This document shows, in pieces, positions 22,456-35,897 of a stretch of DNA of 64,000 bases (the stretch's first letter is position 1; each line of letters opens with the position of its first letter). The notes under the pieces were generated by a model. The model saw only the letters and a program-made list of their open reading frames with translations. It was not told the DNA's origin and ran no database searches. This DNA is from Balanoglossus misakiensis (Eukaryota; Animalia; Hemichordata). The stretch covers positions 17,749,500 to 17,813,499 of the forward strand of contig CM082577.2 in assembly GCA_040954595.2 (NCBI GenBank), written 5' to 3'. The position numbers were made by a program, and so were the translations under genes.

Positions 22456-23991
22456 TAGTTTGAAGTTACAAAACATCCGAAGGATTCAGACATCTGCTGT
22501 AAAAATTAACCAAAGTGGGAAATCTGCCCTGTAAGAATATATCTGTATATACTGTTAAGTTGGACAAGTACAAAAGAAATTAAAGTGAAAGAATCTCTAA
22601 ATGGTTAAATTGTTTGTGGTATAACACCATATACAATACTGGAAATCTAATTTCGTGTGTGCTGCCCTTTATGTGATAAACTACCAGAAAGACGGTTGGT
22701 TGGTTGGTTGGTTACGTAAAGATTGATGATCATAAAAGAGCTCCAGAAATGTCAAAGGCTTTTTTGGGCATATACATGTACATGAATGTCTCCTAGGGGC
22801 TGGTGAGCCAATAGAAGCCCCTTACACCAACCATAAGTCATGTTATTTCATTACAATGAAAACAAAATATTGGGTTTCAAAAACATGAATTGTGGGGAAA
22901 ATGACAGTAACCAAATCATGTGACATGTTTCACTTTTTTGTTATTTTATTCTTTTTGGTCAAAAAACTGTACAATCATATGCCAAATTTAATAACGTATC
23001 TTGGTGGCAATGTTTGCCATTTTTGGGAAACCACTTCTCCTATTGCTTTGAAATTTTGTTTACCTTTTGCTAGGTCAGTTCCAATGATGATTTGCAAAAC
23101 CTATTTTGAAAGGATCAATGTGTGTTTTGGAGCATATTGTACCCATGTTATTTTTGTATATTAAATTTCTTTGAAATTGTATGTCTGATTGCCTTGCAGT
23201 CTGGTTTGAAGGGTCCATTGGAAAGCCTTATTATAGTATATCGAAATCATGGCAAAAATGTATGAATTTTAGGGCTTTTTGATTAGAACATTTTATTTCT
23301 CAGGCAGTGTATGGCTGATTACATTAAATTTGAGTTGCACGTTATAGTCACCAATTTTCTTTGCAGTTTGGTTTGCAAGGCCCAAGGGAGGTCAGTATAA
23401 TTATCCAAAAATATGGTTCAAATACCAACATCTTAATCATGGGAGAACTTTTTGCCATTTTGGTCAAAAACCCATTTTGTCAACAAGTGCTGTCTGATAC
23501 ATCAGTTGAGTTCAACTGTAACCGATATGTATTTTATGTATATCACTTTATATTCAGTTATGGATACCAGCAAACCTTTTGGTTTTATTGTGCTGCTGAC
23601 TGGGCTTTCTTAATTTGCGGTAACTCGACAATTTCAGTATTTTACGCGTTGCAACTGTATGTACTTCATATTTTTCTCCTGTTCTTTGTTAGAATGCTTA
23701 TGTTCATTTTAATAGTATTATACATTTTGTCTAATTAACAATTAACATGGTTCTCATTCTAATTGTGTCTGCCTATCTTCCTTGCCTGCTTGCCAATGTA
23801 TTCACATTCAAGTAGTAGTAGTAAAAGTTATAGTATAAAATTTCAATTTCAATTCGATACCTTTTGCATGCTGCAGAATAACAATATTTACAATACATCA
23901 ACTAAAACATCCTTTTACAATTATTTAGTAAACAGTAAAACATTTGTGAGAAATACTTTTTGACCAAAATGGGAAAAAAATTCCACCTTAA

Positions 23992-24431
23992 ACCCCGGTG
24001 CGGGGTATAAAAGACCCCCCAAATCAGTGGCGAATCTTAATGCCGTTTGACTGACAACAGACAACACCAACGATCTTGGCTCTATGAAAATCGGCCCAAA
24101 CAGGTCCAAGCATAAAGAATTACACCACACAATGACAGTAGTTGGCTTTATAAACACACACAACATAAAGTTATCGCCGAAAAAGTACACGAGCTTATGA
24201 AACAACGATGATTTTGGGAGAAATCTGGTTTCAGTGCTTTTCAGAAGCGTCCCTGGGAAACAATAACCACGCCATTCAAACAGTTGTCAATCGCGTGGAA
24301 GTGTGAAGTGTTCAATTATTTTCTGTGTACATGAGAGCAATTACACAGTCATTACGCACCACGACCACTCCCAAATAAACAACTATACAAACACACGTTA
24401 ATCCGAACCCCAGGACTTTCCGCACCAGGGT
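23992..24431. mobile_element. TTAA-flanked MITE
   Basis: ttaa-ACCCCGGTGCGG ... CCGCACCAGGGT-ttaa. Confidence 0.65.
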
Positions 24432-25134
24432 TTAAACAATAATTTTTCAACATAAATATAGCACATCAAAATGACAACACATCGGGGACCCTCCAAAACA
24501 AATTATTTCTCACCCCTGCCACTTTTACTATATTTTTAATCGATGAAATACTTCAATCTTCCCCTGATACTGATAGCCTTAGTTCACATATGAAACTATT
24601 TTGACTCTGGGGGGATTTCAATCCCTAGGTGTGCATGCCACGATAGTTGTGTACTCTTGCAATGGGCAGTTGAATAAATGTGTGCGACACTTTTTTATTA
24701 ATACAGCAACAAGCAGAGGTTGATAATACGTTTGAGTTTACCCATCAGTTAACTCACTGAAATGGACCATTCGCATTCAACATTCCTTGTTTTTCACTCT
24801 GAGAGGGCTGACTGCTTCTTCAAGAGCTCCTGCAGTGTATTAAATGCCAACCACAACTCTTACCGCAGCAACCATACCACCATCCCTAACTTATCAACAA
24901 ACAAACAAACATGACAATATTTGTAAACAAACAATTTTTTCAAACATTTTTTTCTGTTTATGATATCAATCAATAGCATCAAACAAACTACAAACATGGA
25001 GGAAGAGCCCCAATGGTTAAATCGCGGAATAATGGAGTCAAATTGTAAGTGCGCCACCTACGACCGACATACATTAGTACCTTTGTTTATAGACTAACTA
25101 CTGTACTAGCCGCCTGGTACCACAGGGGACTTAG

Positions 25135-25146
25135 TAATTGTTGTTA

Positions 25147-25179
<33 letters not shown>

Positions 25180-25182
25180 TTA
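25135..25182. repeat. (TTG)n microsatellite
   Basis: Directly visible. Confidence 0.85.
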
Positions 25183-25519
25183 AGATTGGTAATACATTTT
25201 TTTTTTAAATCAATCAATGTGTCATTTCTTGCTAAGTTTGTCGATGTTGTAGATAACTGTAAAAAAAAACCCACCATAATCAACGTTATCAGTTGTAACA
25301 GGCCCCTCCAGATGCTATAAGGTATTTGATAGTTTAAAATGCATAATGTCAAGAAAAGCGCGCCTCGAACATTTCAGTTCTTTACGCATGGTTCCGCACA
25401 GACTATTGAAACTGAAATTTTATTTCTGGTGTTTCCAGAACAAAGTTGTAGTGTAGTGCTATCAGGTCATATTTGTACATATGATGAACTTATTACAATA
25501 ATAATATTTTATTATCGAG

Positions 25520-26123
25520 AGCAAGCTCATAAAAATCGCGTCAAGGACACAGTGTTCCCATTGAGGGATTACACAAGAAAAAGTCTACACCGGAGTACAT
25601 GGCCATATACAGACACACACACACACACACACATAGCGAGAGATCAATGGGCAAACACTGACTGACCCATAAGCTGCCAATGGCATATTTACTGTACATA
25701 TACTAAATAAAACAGCTGGCCTCTTTAAAACTTAGCCAGTTATGTAATCATTCAGGAATTTGCTGTGTATATAAATATCACAGGATGGGGTTCCTGCCTA
25801 ATTAAAACAACTCAATAAAGTAAATACACACCACTTTGTAAAGCAATCTGACCAGTAGTTCTTGAGTTACCGAGTTTTGACCAAATTCACATTTTCCCAG
25901 CTAATTTGCATATTTTTGGCAATGACAACTTCATTTGAACAAACTCCCATCTACAGCCCAGTCTGCATCTGCACACCAAATATTGAGGTGATACACGCAG
26001 CAGTTTTCAAGTTTTTGATGTGGACGGACATACAGACATACATCCATACATACATCCATACATACATACAAACGCAACTGATCCCATAAGGCCCCATGGT
26101 ATAAACCAATGGGACCTAAAAAA
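25520..26123 (+). mobile_element. Helentron/HINE(DINE-1)-like modular non-autonomous element; relatives at 45902-46445 and 46750-48515
   Basis: Shared start aatcgcgtcaaggacac, (CA)n and (ACAT/CCAT)n microsatellites, and a 3' hairpin aggccccatggt...accaatgggacct followed by an A run. 25533-26010 is closely similar to 45931-46410. Confidence 0.6.
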
Positions 26124-26169
26124 GGACAAGTATATACAAAATTACTACCACAACACAGACATTAAAAAA

Positions 26170-28885
26170 CATTGAGAGACATTAAAAATACAGTAAGAAA
26201 AGTTAAAAAGTTTAAAATATTTTAAATGCAGTCAAGAAAGAATCTCCTCCAAAACATACTGTGATGCATAATAATAGGGTTGATACCCGCACCAATAAGA
26301 GAACTCTTCCACAACCTAAGGTAAAATTTTGAGCGTAGAGTATGCTGCTTACAATCAAATGTTAAAATATTGCTATGTACAAAGGTATTAGAAATACTAA
26401 TCCTTCTGTCGATACCTAACAATATCATATGACCGTTGTTATATGCAACGCGGACATCGTTTATGCAATAATGATTAAAAATACTCCAAAGGTGGGAGCA
26501 ATACAAAGATGAACAAAAAACTTGAAATAAACGAATTTTGACTTTATAAGTACAATTCCAAAAATTACGTATTAGCGAGTTGGCTCTAGCATAAAAAAAG
26601 CCTCATTTGACGTTTTATATCGTCGCTATCGTCACCATTGGTATTAAAAATAACCCCCAGGTAAGAGTGTTTGTTCACAAACAACAGCTTCTCCCTATAC
26701 AACAAATATACATGTGGGATCTTCAAATTATTAAACTTTTTAGGAAGAATACAAAGACATTTAGATTTAATTGCATGAAATACAATATCGTGATCATTTG
26801 CATAATGGCTGCACATTATTATTACACCTCATGTATTATGTCGTATTCGTGATTGGCTGAGACGCGCTCATGTGACAAAGAGAAAAAGTGATATAACATG
26901 GCAAGAGTTGATAAAGCCGTGTTGATATTGCCCGCTGGGTTGTTTTGGTGTTCTGTGCACGACTTCTGCGCACAACAAACTCTCGTTCAATGGCTTCCTC
27001 CACGATCAGTCAACTCCTGCATCTACAGCTTGAAAGCGACACACAGGATTAACACTAGACTCTCACAACCCCTCTCGCCGTCCATGCAGGCTTATGGAAC
27101 GGTGCTGCTCCCCTGCCAAACAGTTGAGGGCGTGTCAGTGAAGAGCCTTGTTGTAGCAAACCGTGGCTGTGAGAGACCTGTTCAACTGGATGATATTTTA
27201 CAGCAAACGGGCAGTAAATACACCAAAATCACAACCATCAGTGCAGTATCCTCAAAATTATATGAGTTCTAAGTAGGTATAGTTCTTGGGAGATCGAGAC
27301 ATTTTACATTCTCAGCAACGTACGACATGGATGCAACCCTACGTTCTTCTATGCTGCAGTGTATGTACGTTCAAATGTTCGGCGTAATATGCTCTCTGAC
27401 CACAATATTGATGATACCCTCGCCTGCGGCTGGTGCATCATCAATATTGTGGTCAGAGAGCACCATCCCTCGCGCAGGCGTCAAATCGTGATATTGCCCT
27501 CGCTATCATGTGTTATTTAAGCAATAAAACACCCCCAGCCATGGTATACCACGAGATTTTGACCAGTTCACGACATATACGCACGAGCGATAGCGAGTGC
27601 GTATATAGAGTTGAACTGGTCAAAATCGAGTGGTATACCATGGCTGGGGTGTTTTATTGCTATTATATTATGCCAGTATATTGAAACTTTGCATAAAACA
27701 TTTTAAAAAGGCATTTTCTTTGACTATGATATATGACTGTGGTATATGGCTAATATATCACGGTCACGTGTCGTGTCTCGACCAATCAAATAGCGCGATT
27801 TACACCATCAATATACTGGTATAATATAATATTTAATTAATTCCTTTCGCACTGGGGCAAATCAATACTATATCATCCGCATATAGCAGATGATTCATAC
27901 ATTTACCGCCAAGATGACACTAAGCTTGTCAACATAAACTGAAAAAAGACGCGGGGAAAGTATTAAGCTCCCCTGTCTTACACCATTACGAGTATTACAA
28001 CTCTCAGATAGAACTGTACTCTCGATGTACATACCAATACACTAAAATACGAATTATAAATTTATGAATTCCTCTGTCAATCAGCTTGCGAAATAAGGTC
28101 CAGTGATTTGCCTTTGTCGCATCTAGAAAACAAAGAAATACAGGGCTGTTATGACGCTTGTAAAAATCGATAATTTCTTTCAGTAGGAACACACACATAT
28201 CAGAAGAGTGATCTTCCTTAAATCCAAATTGATGATCACTGGTTTAAAGCATGTTGTCACATTTATCTACGATAATGATTTCGTACATTTTAGAAATTGT
28301 GGTGGCAATCGCTATTGGGCGATAATTCCCAGAGTCTGTGAAGTCACTGATTTATTTTTGATGAGTGGCACAAGAATGGTGTCCATCATACTAGAGGGGA
28401 GGTAACAATGAATATGTACAGCTGTAAACATCATGCGCAAAAGAATATGTAAACGAGAATGAGCAAACTTCAAGTGTTCAGCTGATATGCCATCTGGCCC
28501 GATTGCTTTGCCATTGGCCAATTTATCTAAGAAATTGCTTATGGCACCTGGGGAGAAAGAAACTGCCAAAATATGCTTACGCACAAAGCATTCATTGCTG
28601 TTATTGGTAACAGAGGCTGATCGCGCCAAAACCTGGCAATATCATGCTGACCATTATTACCATGAATAGATGATGAAAAGAAGACTTCTTTTTACTGTTT
28701 ACATTTTTCCAAAACTGCTTGACATTATTATCAGCAAGGTTATCAGCTAAGGCATCAGCTCTAATTTGAGACTCACTACTCTTACAATTCTTAAAAGCAT
28801 ATTTAAACTTAGCACAGGTTTTTCTCATAAGATCAAATATCGGGCCTTGACGTGACTGCCCAAGTCCCGCCACAACAAAAAAGCA
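26170..28885 (-). mobile_element. Degenerate non-LTR retrotransposon RT (RTE-X-like), interrupted at ~26815-27832
   Basis: Frameshifted RT motifs GKAIGPDGISAEHLKFA, LVPLIKNK, FLCFLDATKA, GVRQG..LSP.LF, HLLYADDIVLI, KSKCL, YLGV...DDIKRQMR, YCSHLW...VAYNN. Clade assignment is inference. Confidence 0.8.
26815..27832. mobile_element. Two hairpin-ended elements lying back to back within the RT relic
   Basis: Hairpins at 27390-27462 (centre ctcgcctgcggct) and 27519-27662 (centre cacgagcgatagcgagtg). Asymmetric IR attatattatgccagtatattga / tcaatatactggtataatataat. Confidence 0.7.
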
Positions 28886-31339
28886 TCCCATTAAATTTTG
28901 GGATCATAAATTTTGCGCATTTGCTATAATTGTAGTTGCTATAACAACTATACTCTTTTGCACCACATCCTGGACGCCAGAAACCAATGTTTTTCTTTCT
29001 TTGTCTCACAATTAGGCATTCTGAAGTTGATGCACACACACAAACAAACACACTTGTTGACGATATGAACCCCTGCACAAAAATAAAGAGTAGAAGTTAC
29101 AGATTTATTAACAAAAGGAAAAGCACACAGCAGTATTTACAAATCAGAAATAAAATTGTAAACAACCTTCTATTAGCACCGGTAGATATGTTTCCTACGT
29201 CTTCTTTGACAATTATTTGGACAATTTTTATTTGTGTGTTATAAGAATGTTTACATTATTGATTGGTATAATGGTGACAATAATGCACATTAAAAGGTCT
29301 ATAACATATGTAGTAAATGCTTCGGTGGCACTATTTGGTCAATACAAGATTTTATTCCATAAATGTTAGCCCTACACAAAACTGTGTGGGTTGATTTGTG
29401 AAATCTGTCAGTTAGCAGAAAGAGTAAACAGAAGAACACAAAAAGGTTTATGGAATTCTACCATACCACCTGCCATGTAAAAGACCTCTTAGGTCTGCAG
29501 GGCCGGGGAGTTTTACAAAATGGTACGGTTTACTGGTCATAACATACACCTACCAGTATGAGTCCATTTACTATGTTATGTCATGAATGTGGCATGTTTT
29601 GGCTCCATCAAAATTGAGTCTGGGCGTATGACGTCACTTTAATGAGTTTTGCATACTTGAATAGCATCTGTGAAATGTGATGAGCAGAAATTCCCTCGTC
29701 GAGTATCAGAGAGAGAGAGAGAAGAGACTTGTAGTGGAGTTCCTGGGTTTGATTCCTAGCCTAGCGTTTTGCCATTTGTTATCTAGTGAAAACAAAATGT
29801 GTGCACAGAAATCAAAGTTCACCCAAAGTTATATTATGGCTTAGTCGTGATGGAGGAACCGACTGTTTATAATAAAGAAAGTGTCAGTTTCTAACAATGA
29901 AAGAAATGACAAGACAATCAGTTATGGAAAAAATAATATAAAAAGTTACAAAAATATGCCCGTCTACATTTATGCAAAATATACATATATACAAGATTAA
30001 TATTTGGAAATCATTACAGAGATTGAAAATCTTAGCCAGTATCTCATACAAAGCTACGTCAAATGTTAGAAAGTCGTGCAAAGAACATTGGCAAGTAAGT
30101 CGTTATTAAAAGTCCAATTCAAAGATTTATATTTACGATGAGTATGATGAATCATCACTTAGAGAAGTACCTTTATGGGCAATGAAATCTGAATAGGAAG
30201 TCAGCAATACTCTATACCTTGGTTGAGCTATTATCATAAAATGGTAGACTAGAAACTCTTATAACAAGTATTAAAATATATACCAACTGTTGACAGTTGA
30301 AGTTGTGATTTTAACATGGTAAAAATCAGCACACTGGCTGTCACCTCATCTTGAAAGGCACAAATAGTTTTGGATACGAAGTGTCTATCAGTTACACTGT
30401 GTTCTGTTGTTGTAGTACTGTTATGTTTCAGGTCCGTGTGTGATAATAATAATTCTGGAGAGCATAATAAAAAGCTCCAGTAAATTCTTTTGATTTAAAA
30501 GAGGAATGCAATTTTTAAAATCTCCTGCATGTGACCATGCTCTCTACATTAAACAAACCAGTGTGATTCTGAATATGGTGCTACACATTTTTGGTTTATG
30601 CGAAAACTGATCGTAAATTCCTATAACAAATCTTTAATGTTTATGTGTATGTAAAAGCAGGAATAAAAGCTGGCAGACTCTCCTTGCAATGTCATGTTGT
30701 TAAGCTAAAATAAGAAAATGTTAATCTATAACCAATTGATTGCCTTTATCAGTGTAATTAAAACATTACACCTGGATAACAAATATCAATGCAACCACAT
30801 ATAATGATAGGTTTCTTCATTTAGCAATGATTGTAAGTGTTCTTAATATTGCAAATAATAACAGTACTGCTTATTTATTAAGATTGCTAACACCTATAAC
30901 AACATAAAAATTGATCACTCTCTTTATGTTGCAGTCTGAGATTTATCTTCTTGAAACATATTCTTGCTTGTTTTTAGTCTTTTGCTCTATGAGTATTCAT
31001 TCTCTTCCATTAAAACTGATTTACGATTCTTCATTTTTACTTCAGCTTAGTGACCACTTCTACCATTGTCTATCTAAATTTCAGTAATTAATGATCAGCC
31101 ACTAATACTGTTTTATTGTTGCAATAAACACCTTCTGGATGAGTAGACATCTTGTACAAACACAAAATGAATCCTTAAAAATGATTGTAATTAAGAAGTC
31201 TTCAAGTATGCACTTGATACCAGTTACAGCAAACTGGCCAACACTAAAAGTCTGTGTATATTTCACACATAAAATTATTGTTATCTGATAATTGGTCACT
31301 TTCAACGATACCCGTTAATTGGTTTTGACAGATGTTCTA

Positions 31340-31466
31340 TTAATTAGTATTCAGATTGATTGGTCCTTTGCGTTGTGGTTGAAGATCACCTGGTGAAAGG
31401 AAAGGGGGCACTTTTTCTGGGCATCTTCCTGTTCCTGGAAATATCATACAATGGAACGAGCGCAGT
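31340..31466 (-). CDS. fng: Fringe exon 10 (stop)
   Basis: [16 protein letters not shown]...NTN*. Confidence 0.9.
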
Positions 31467-34400
31467 CTGAAAAGAAAGAACACAGAACAAAATCAATTGG
31501 ATGACTATATTTGTATGATTATGATACCCTACTCAAACATAAGACCCCTAATCAATGACAACTTCATTTGAACAAAAATCCCATCTACATTTTGTATCAA
31601 ACAGCTGTCTGCTGTCCACAATTTAGAGGTTTCCACTTTGATCAGGATGCAGACACATTGTTTACAATGAAAACAAATTGGGAGTAAACAAAAATAACAA
31701 ACATAGCGCCAATGACACATTGGTCCCATAGGAATAAAAATCACATGAAATTGGCAAGCAGACATGACCTAACCATATATAAAAATGGAAATGTAAATTG
31801 ATACAAGTGACCTAACAGTCAATACAGCTGCTATGTGATACTTTGCATTATAAACAAGATAAACTACTTCCTAGTGAAATGGTGCACTTCTCTTGAGACT
31901 GAGACAAACATGACAGCAATGCCCAAAAGACAAATTTGCAAAGAGACTGAAAACATTTTGAATATGAATAGATGATGTAGTGCATAGTCATTTTTCACAT
32001 CATTAAAGTAATTGCTGGACTTGACTGAATAAAATATCGGCGTCTAGTGGGAACTCACCTCGTTGGATCTTCTGCAGTTGGGAATAACGTCTTGTCCAGT
32101 GAAATGACATTCTTTGCTTTCATATTTCTATTTCCATAACTAAGCGTTACCTTAAGAGGATAAAACAAATAAAGAGTAGAATGAATAAACAAACAGTCAA
32201 AGAAGATACCTTAGTAATGTATAAACAGTTTAGTCAAAATACATGTCTCTCAAATAGTTGATTTTTAATTACTGAATAGTGGTTAGTGCTGATTGGTTGA
32301 CAAAGCATTCTTTTATGAACGCGCACTAAATGTTATCCAATGGCGCTGTGTATTACAGGGACAGAGACTACAACGTGCCCAGACGACAGTTCCAGAGTCA
32401 TTTATTCAATGTTTTTAACGAATTTGGCTAATTTGTGACCGTGTGAGAAATAGAATCTCACACACCAAGGACCTGGGATCATATTTCTCACACTCGTCGG
32501 GGATATTTTGTCCCACACTCGCCTGCGGCTCGTGTGGGACAAAAAAACCCAACTCGTGTGAGAAATATGGGAGTGTGAGATTATTCCCGGCGTTACACGG
32601 ACGTTAGAAGAAGTTAATCGCATCATATTTGGGATCGGTTAGGAGGTAGAAGTAGACAGGGAAAGGAGTTTGCTTCGATAAAATCGAATTTCAACCAAAA
32701 AAGCTGTGGTCCGGGTCCGGACCGCAGAAGCACCAGTTTTGTCTATGGGGCCTTGTAGGGCTGTGGTAGAGGCCGTGTAATGCTGAACACACAGACCTGT
32801 ACGCAGAGCTATGACTTGACCTTCTTTAGCCGAAGTTAGCGTTATTTATAAAATCCTGTCACATTAATGGTTTTGGGATACATGGCAGTGAAATTTGGTT
32901 TATTTTTTATAAACATTTACATGAAGTACGTCATTTTCCCGACTGGCAGCATGACTACGAGGGCGAACATGACGACTTGTTAGGAGAGTTTATGAATGAT
33001 CAACGACAGTTCATCATTTGTATATGGCTACAGCTCGACGTTTCACTGCTCTGCGAAAACCACTCGCATACGATGACGCCAAACAAAGAAAGATACCATG
33101 GGATTACATGTAATTGTTCACAAGAGAAAGCCAATCTTTCGTATTCTGTGCGATACTCGAAGTCAACAACAAAATTTCTCCCATCTCCCAGTGCAATTCT
33201 TTGGTCGATGTAACATGCAATCTAATTGGCCGGGTCGTTATGCGCGATTTCAATGGGAGCTTCAGTGAGTGAGTTGGTCAGATGTAGTGTGAGGCGACAG
33301 CATAAAAAAACCATGTCGCTGTTCCCTACCATATGCCCTGAAAATCACTGCAGCGGCAACACAAGTCGACTGAGATGTTGTTTTAATAAACAGGGCACCT
33401 GATTTTATCAATCTGGCAATAATAGGCATGTTACAAAATTGGCAACATTGTTTATGCTAAAGCAGACACGAAGTCTTGATTACATTACAGGGTGAATTTA
33501 TACGATGACTTTTGATAGTGATTTCTGGAAACACAAATGTAAAGATAAAATGTGTATTTACTGCCATTCAAGTCTTGTGAAAGAAATATGTCAGTGAATG
33601 ATACACAACTATATCTTTCAAGTTCCAGTAGGGAAATTATCATAGGCTAAAGGTTAAATGTCTCACCTGGTTTGGAAGTTCGATTTTCTTAATCTGCCAA
33701 AGAGCCTCCAGATGTGAATTGAACTCTTTCACTTTTGTAAGTTTTTTCTTCAAAAGAACCTCTGTAATAAACAGAAAATTGAAAATCTGACATAAGTGAA
33801 TATGAAAATGTTGAGATATCGTGCTTAGTAAATACAGACAGACACACAACACACACAGAAAGGGTTGATAAGTTGCAGCTCATGGGGCTTTAAAGCACGA
33901 GTGACTTTTGGACATGCACTAAAGCATACAGCATACTACAGCACATCTATAGTGATTGCACAAGTCCCTTTCACCTTTGGTTCAAAGGAATAATAACATT
34001 CACCAAAGACACTTCTCCCATATCATGAAAAAATGCAAAGCATTAAAAGTTGCATATCAAAACCAAATAAAACTTACCAACAATAAAACCTATGGTTACA
34101 TCATCTGGAAGACGAATTCTTTGACACATGGAGGTAAATGTACCGCCACTGAAACAAAGCAAATTATAAATATCAGTTTCCGTATGATTCTCAATGGCTA
34201 AAGTTTACCATTAAAAGTTTCCTCAAAACCCCCTCAATATAATGTATGTTATTTTCACAGCAGCAGGTTTCAGATTACAAGTGATCAATGTTGTATGTTA
34301 TGAAATTTGTAATCTACACCTTTAGATATTATTCATTACTCAAAAATAAATGACAAAAATCTGTGTCTAAATTGCTTGGTATCTAACTTTTAGAAAATAG

Positions 34401-35858
34401 CAGTAGTGACTATTTTAAGCTGTTTATACTACAGAAAGACCATGTGATTTACAACTTATATATAGTATACCTTGCATAGGGACTCATGCGCAGAGCTAAT
34501 GCCCGACTAAGACAAAAGCCAGCGCCACCAGTACCAAACCAGAATGAAACACGCCGCTGTAGGACAATTACAACAAAACAGATTAAGTGAAATCACAATT
34601 ATATTATATCATGCTACCGTCCGCAATTCTGATTGGACGAGAGCTCAATCCAGCGATGCTAAAATACTCAATATAGCACTGCTAAAACTGGCCCCTGAAC
34701 CAGCATGGGGCAGCAAAATGTGTGGTTAAACCACAGTCGCGTGTATTTAAACAAAATAAATAAAATAAAAATACTGTTGAATTAACGGACGTTTTATTTT
34801 GGAACTGCTCTGTGGAAATATTTGTCACTTTTTATCGTCTGCTTCATGTTTAATGCTCGATCCCGGCCGCTCGTGTTTACATTCATCGTCGCCATGTTGG
34901 TTCACGATCGTAATTTCTCTTTCTGACGCCGTTTCGGTAAGAAAATGACACTGATATGCCACAAAATCAATTGTTGATATAATATAATAGCAATAACCCC
35001 CACCTCAGTCGGGTATACACTCGATTTGGGTACAATTCGCTCCATATAGCACTCGCCTGACGGCTCGTGCTATATGTCTCGAATTGTACCCAAATCTTGC
35101 GTATACCCACCTGCGGCGCGGGTTATTGCTTAAATATTTTACAGACAGTCATTAATGTTACCACAGGAAAGCAGTTCAACTAAAAATAAAATACAAGTCA
35201 TTATCAATGACGTAGTCCCCACTTTCAATAGAATAAGAGAACACTGAAGAAAGTCATAGTGTAGTGTTCTCCCAAGAGCAGCGGCCTCCACTCTGCAATT
35301 TTTGGAAAACAATATAAATTCATTCTGCCAGAAATTCCTGGGGAGAACCGTCCCCTGGTGGAATATCAGTCAAGGTATGTCTGCATGATGGCTCTTACAA
35401 TTTTCTAATTGAGTATTGCCAATGTACCCAGACTAGTCACTTGGGGAAATATAAGTGGGTGTTGCCAAGTGGCCCTTACTTTCATTGAAACACAATTGAC
35501 AAATGAATCTTTCCTGGTGCTTTTTTTTAAAGTAACAAAGTCATTTGTGTGTGTGTGTGTCACTTAATGATCATGGGTGCATCTTATGATCAAGTATTTA
35601 TGGTACATAACAAGTTTCAAAGCAATATGACTAATATTTCTGAAGTTTTTGAAGTGTGACTATTTCTTTACATTTTTCACTTCCTTTGCATATTTTTGCC
35701 GACTTTCCTACTATTCGTGTATACGTGTCTAGACATGAATAGTAGGTTCATGCATACGTACATACCGTAGTTGCCCGGGTAAGAACCCCTGCTCGGACAA
35801 ACGCCCCCCCCCTGGTTTTAGGGCCCATTTGTAGATCGAGGCCATATCCGGTCTAAAG

Positions 35859-35897
<39 letters not shown>

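Noticed and set aside
22456-31339. GPS1 or another gene between DUS1L and fringe
   Set aside because: Only UTR-like AT-rich sequence, MITEs and a LINE relic were seen; no convincing exons.
35858-35895. Long poly-C run as a functional G-quadruplex element
   Set aside because: Homopolymer expansion of a C tract inside a MITE (a shorter version is at ~36334); its length is unreliable.
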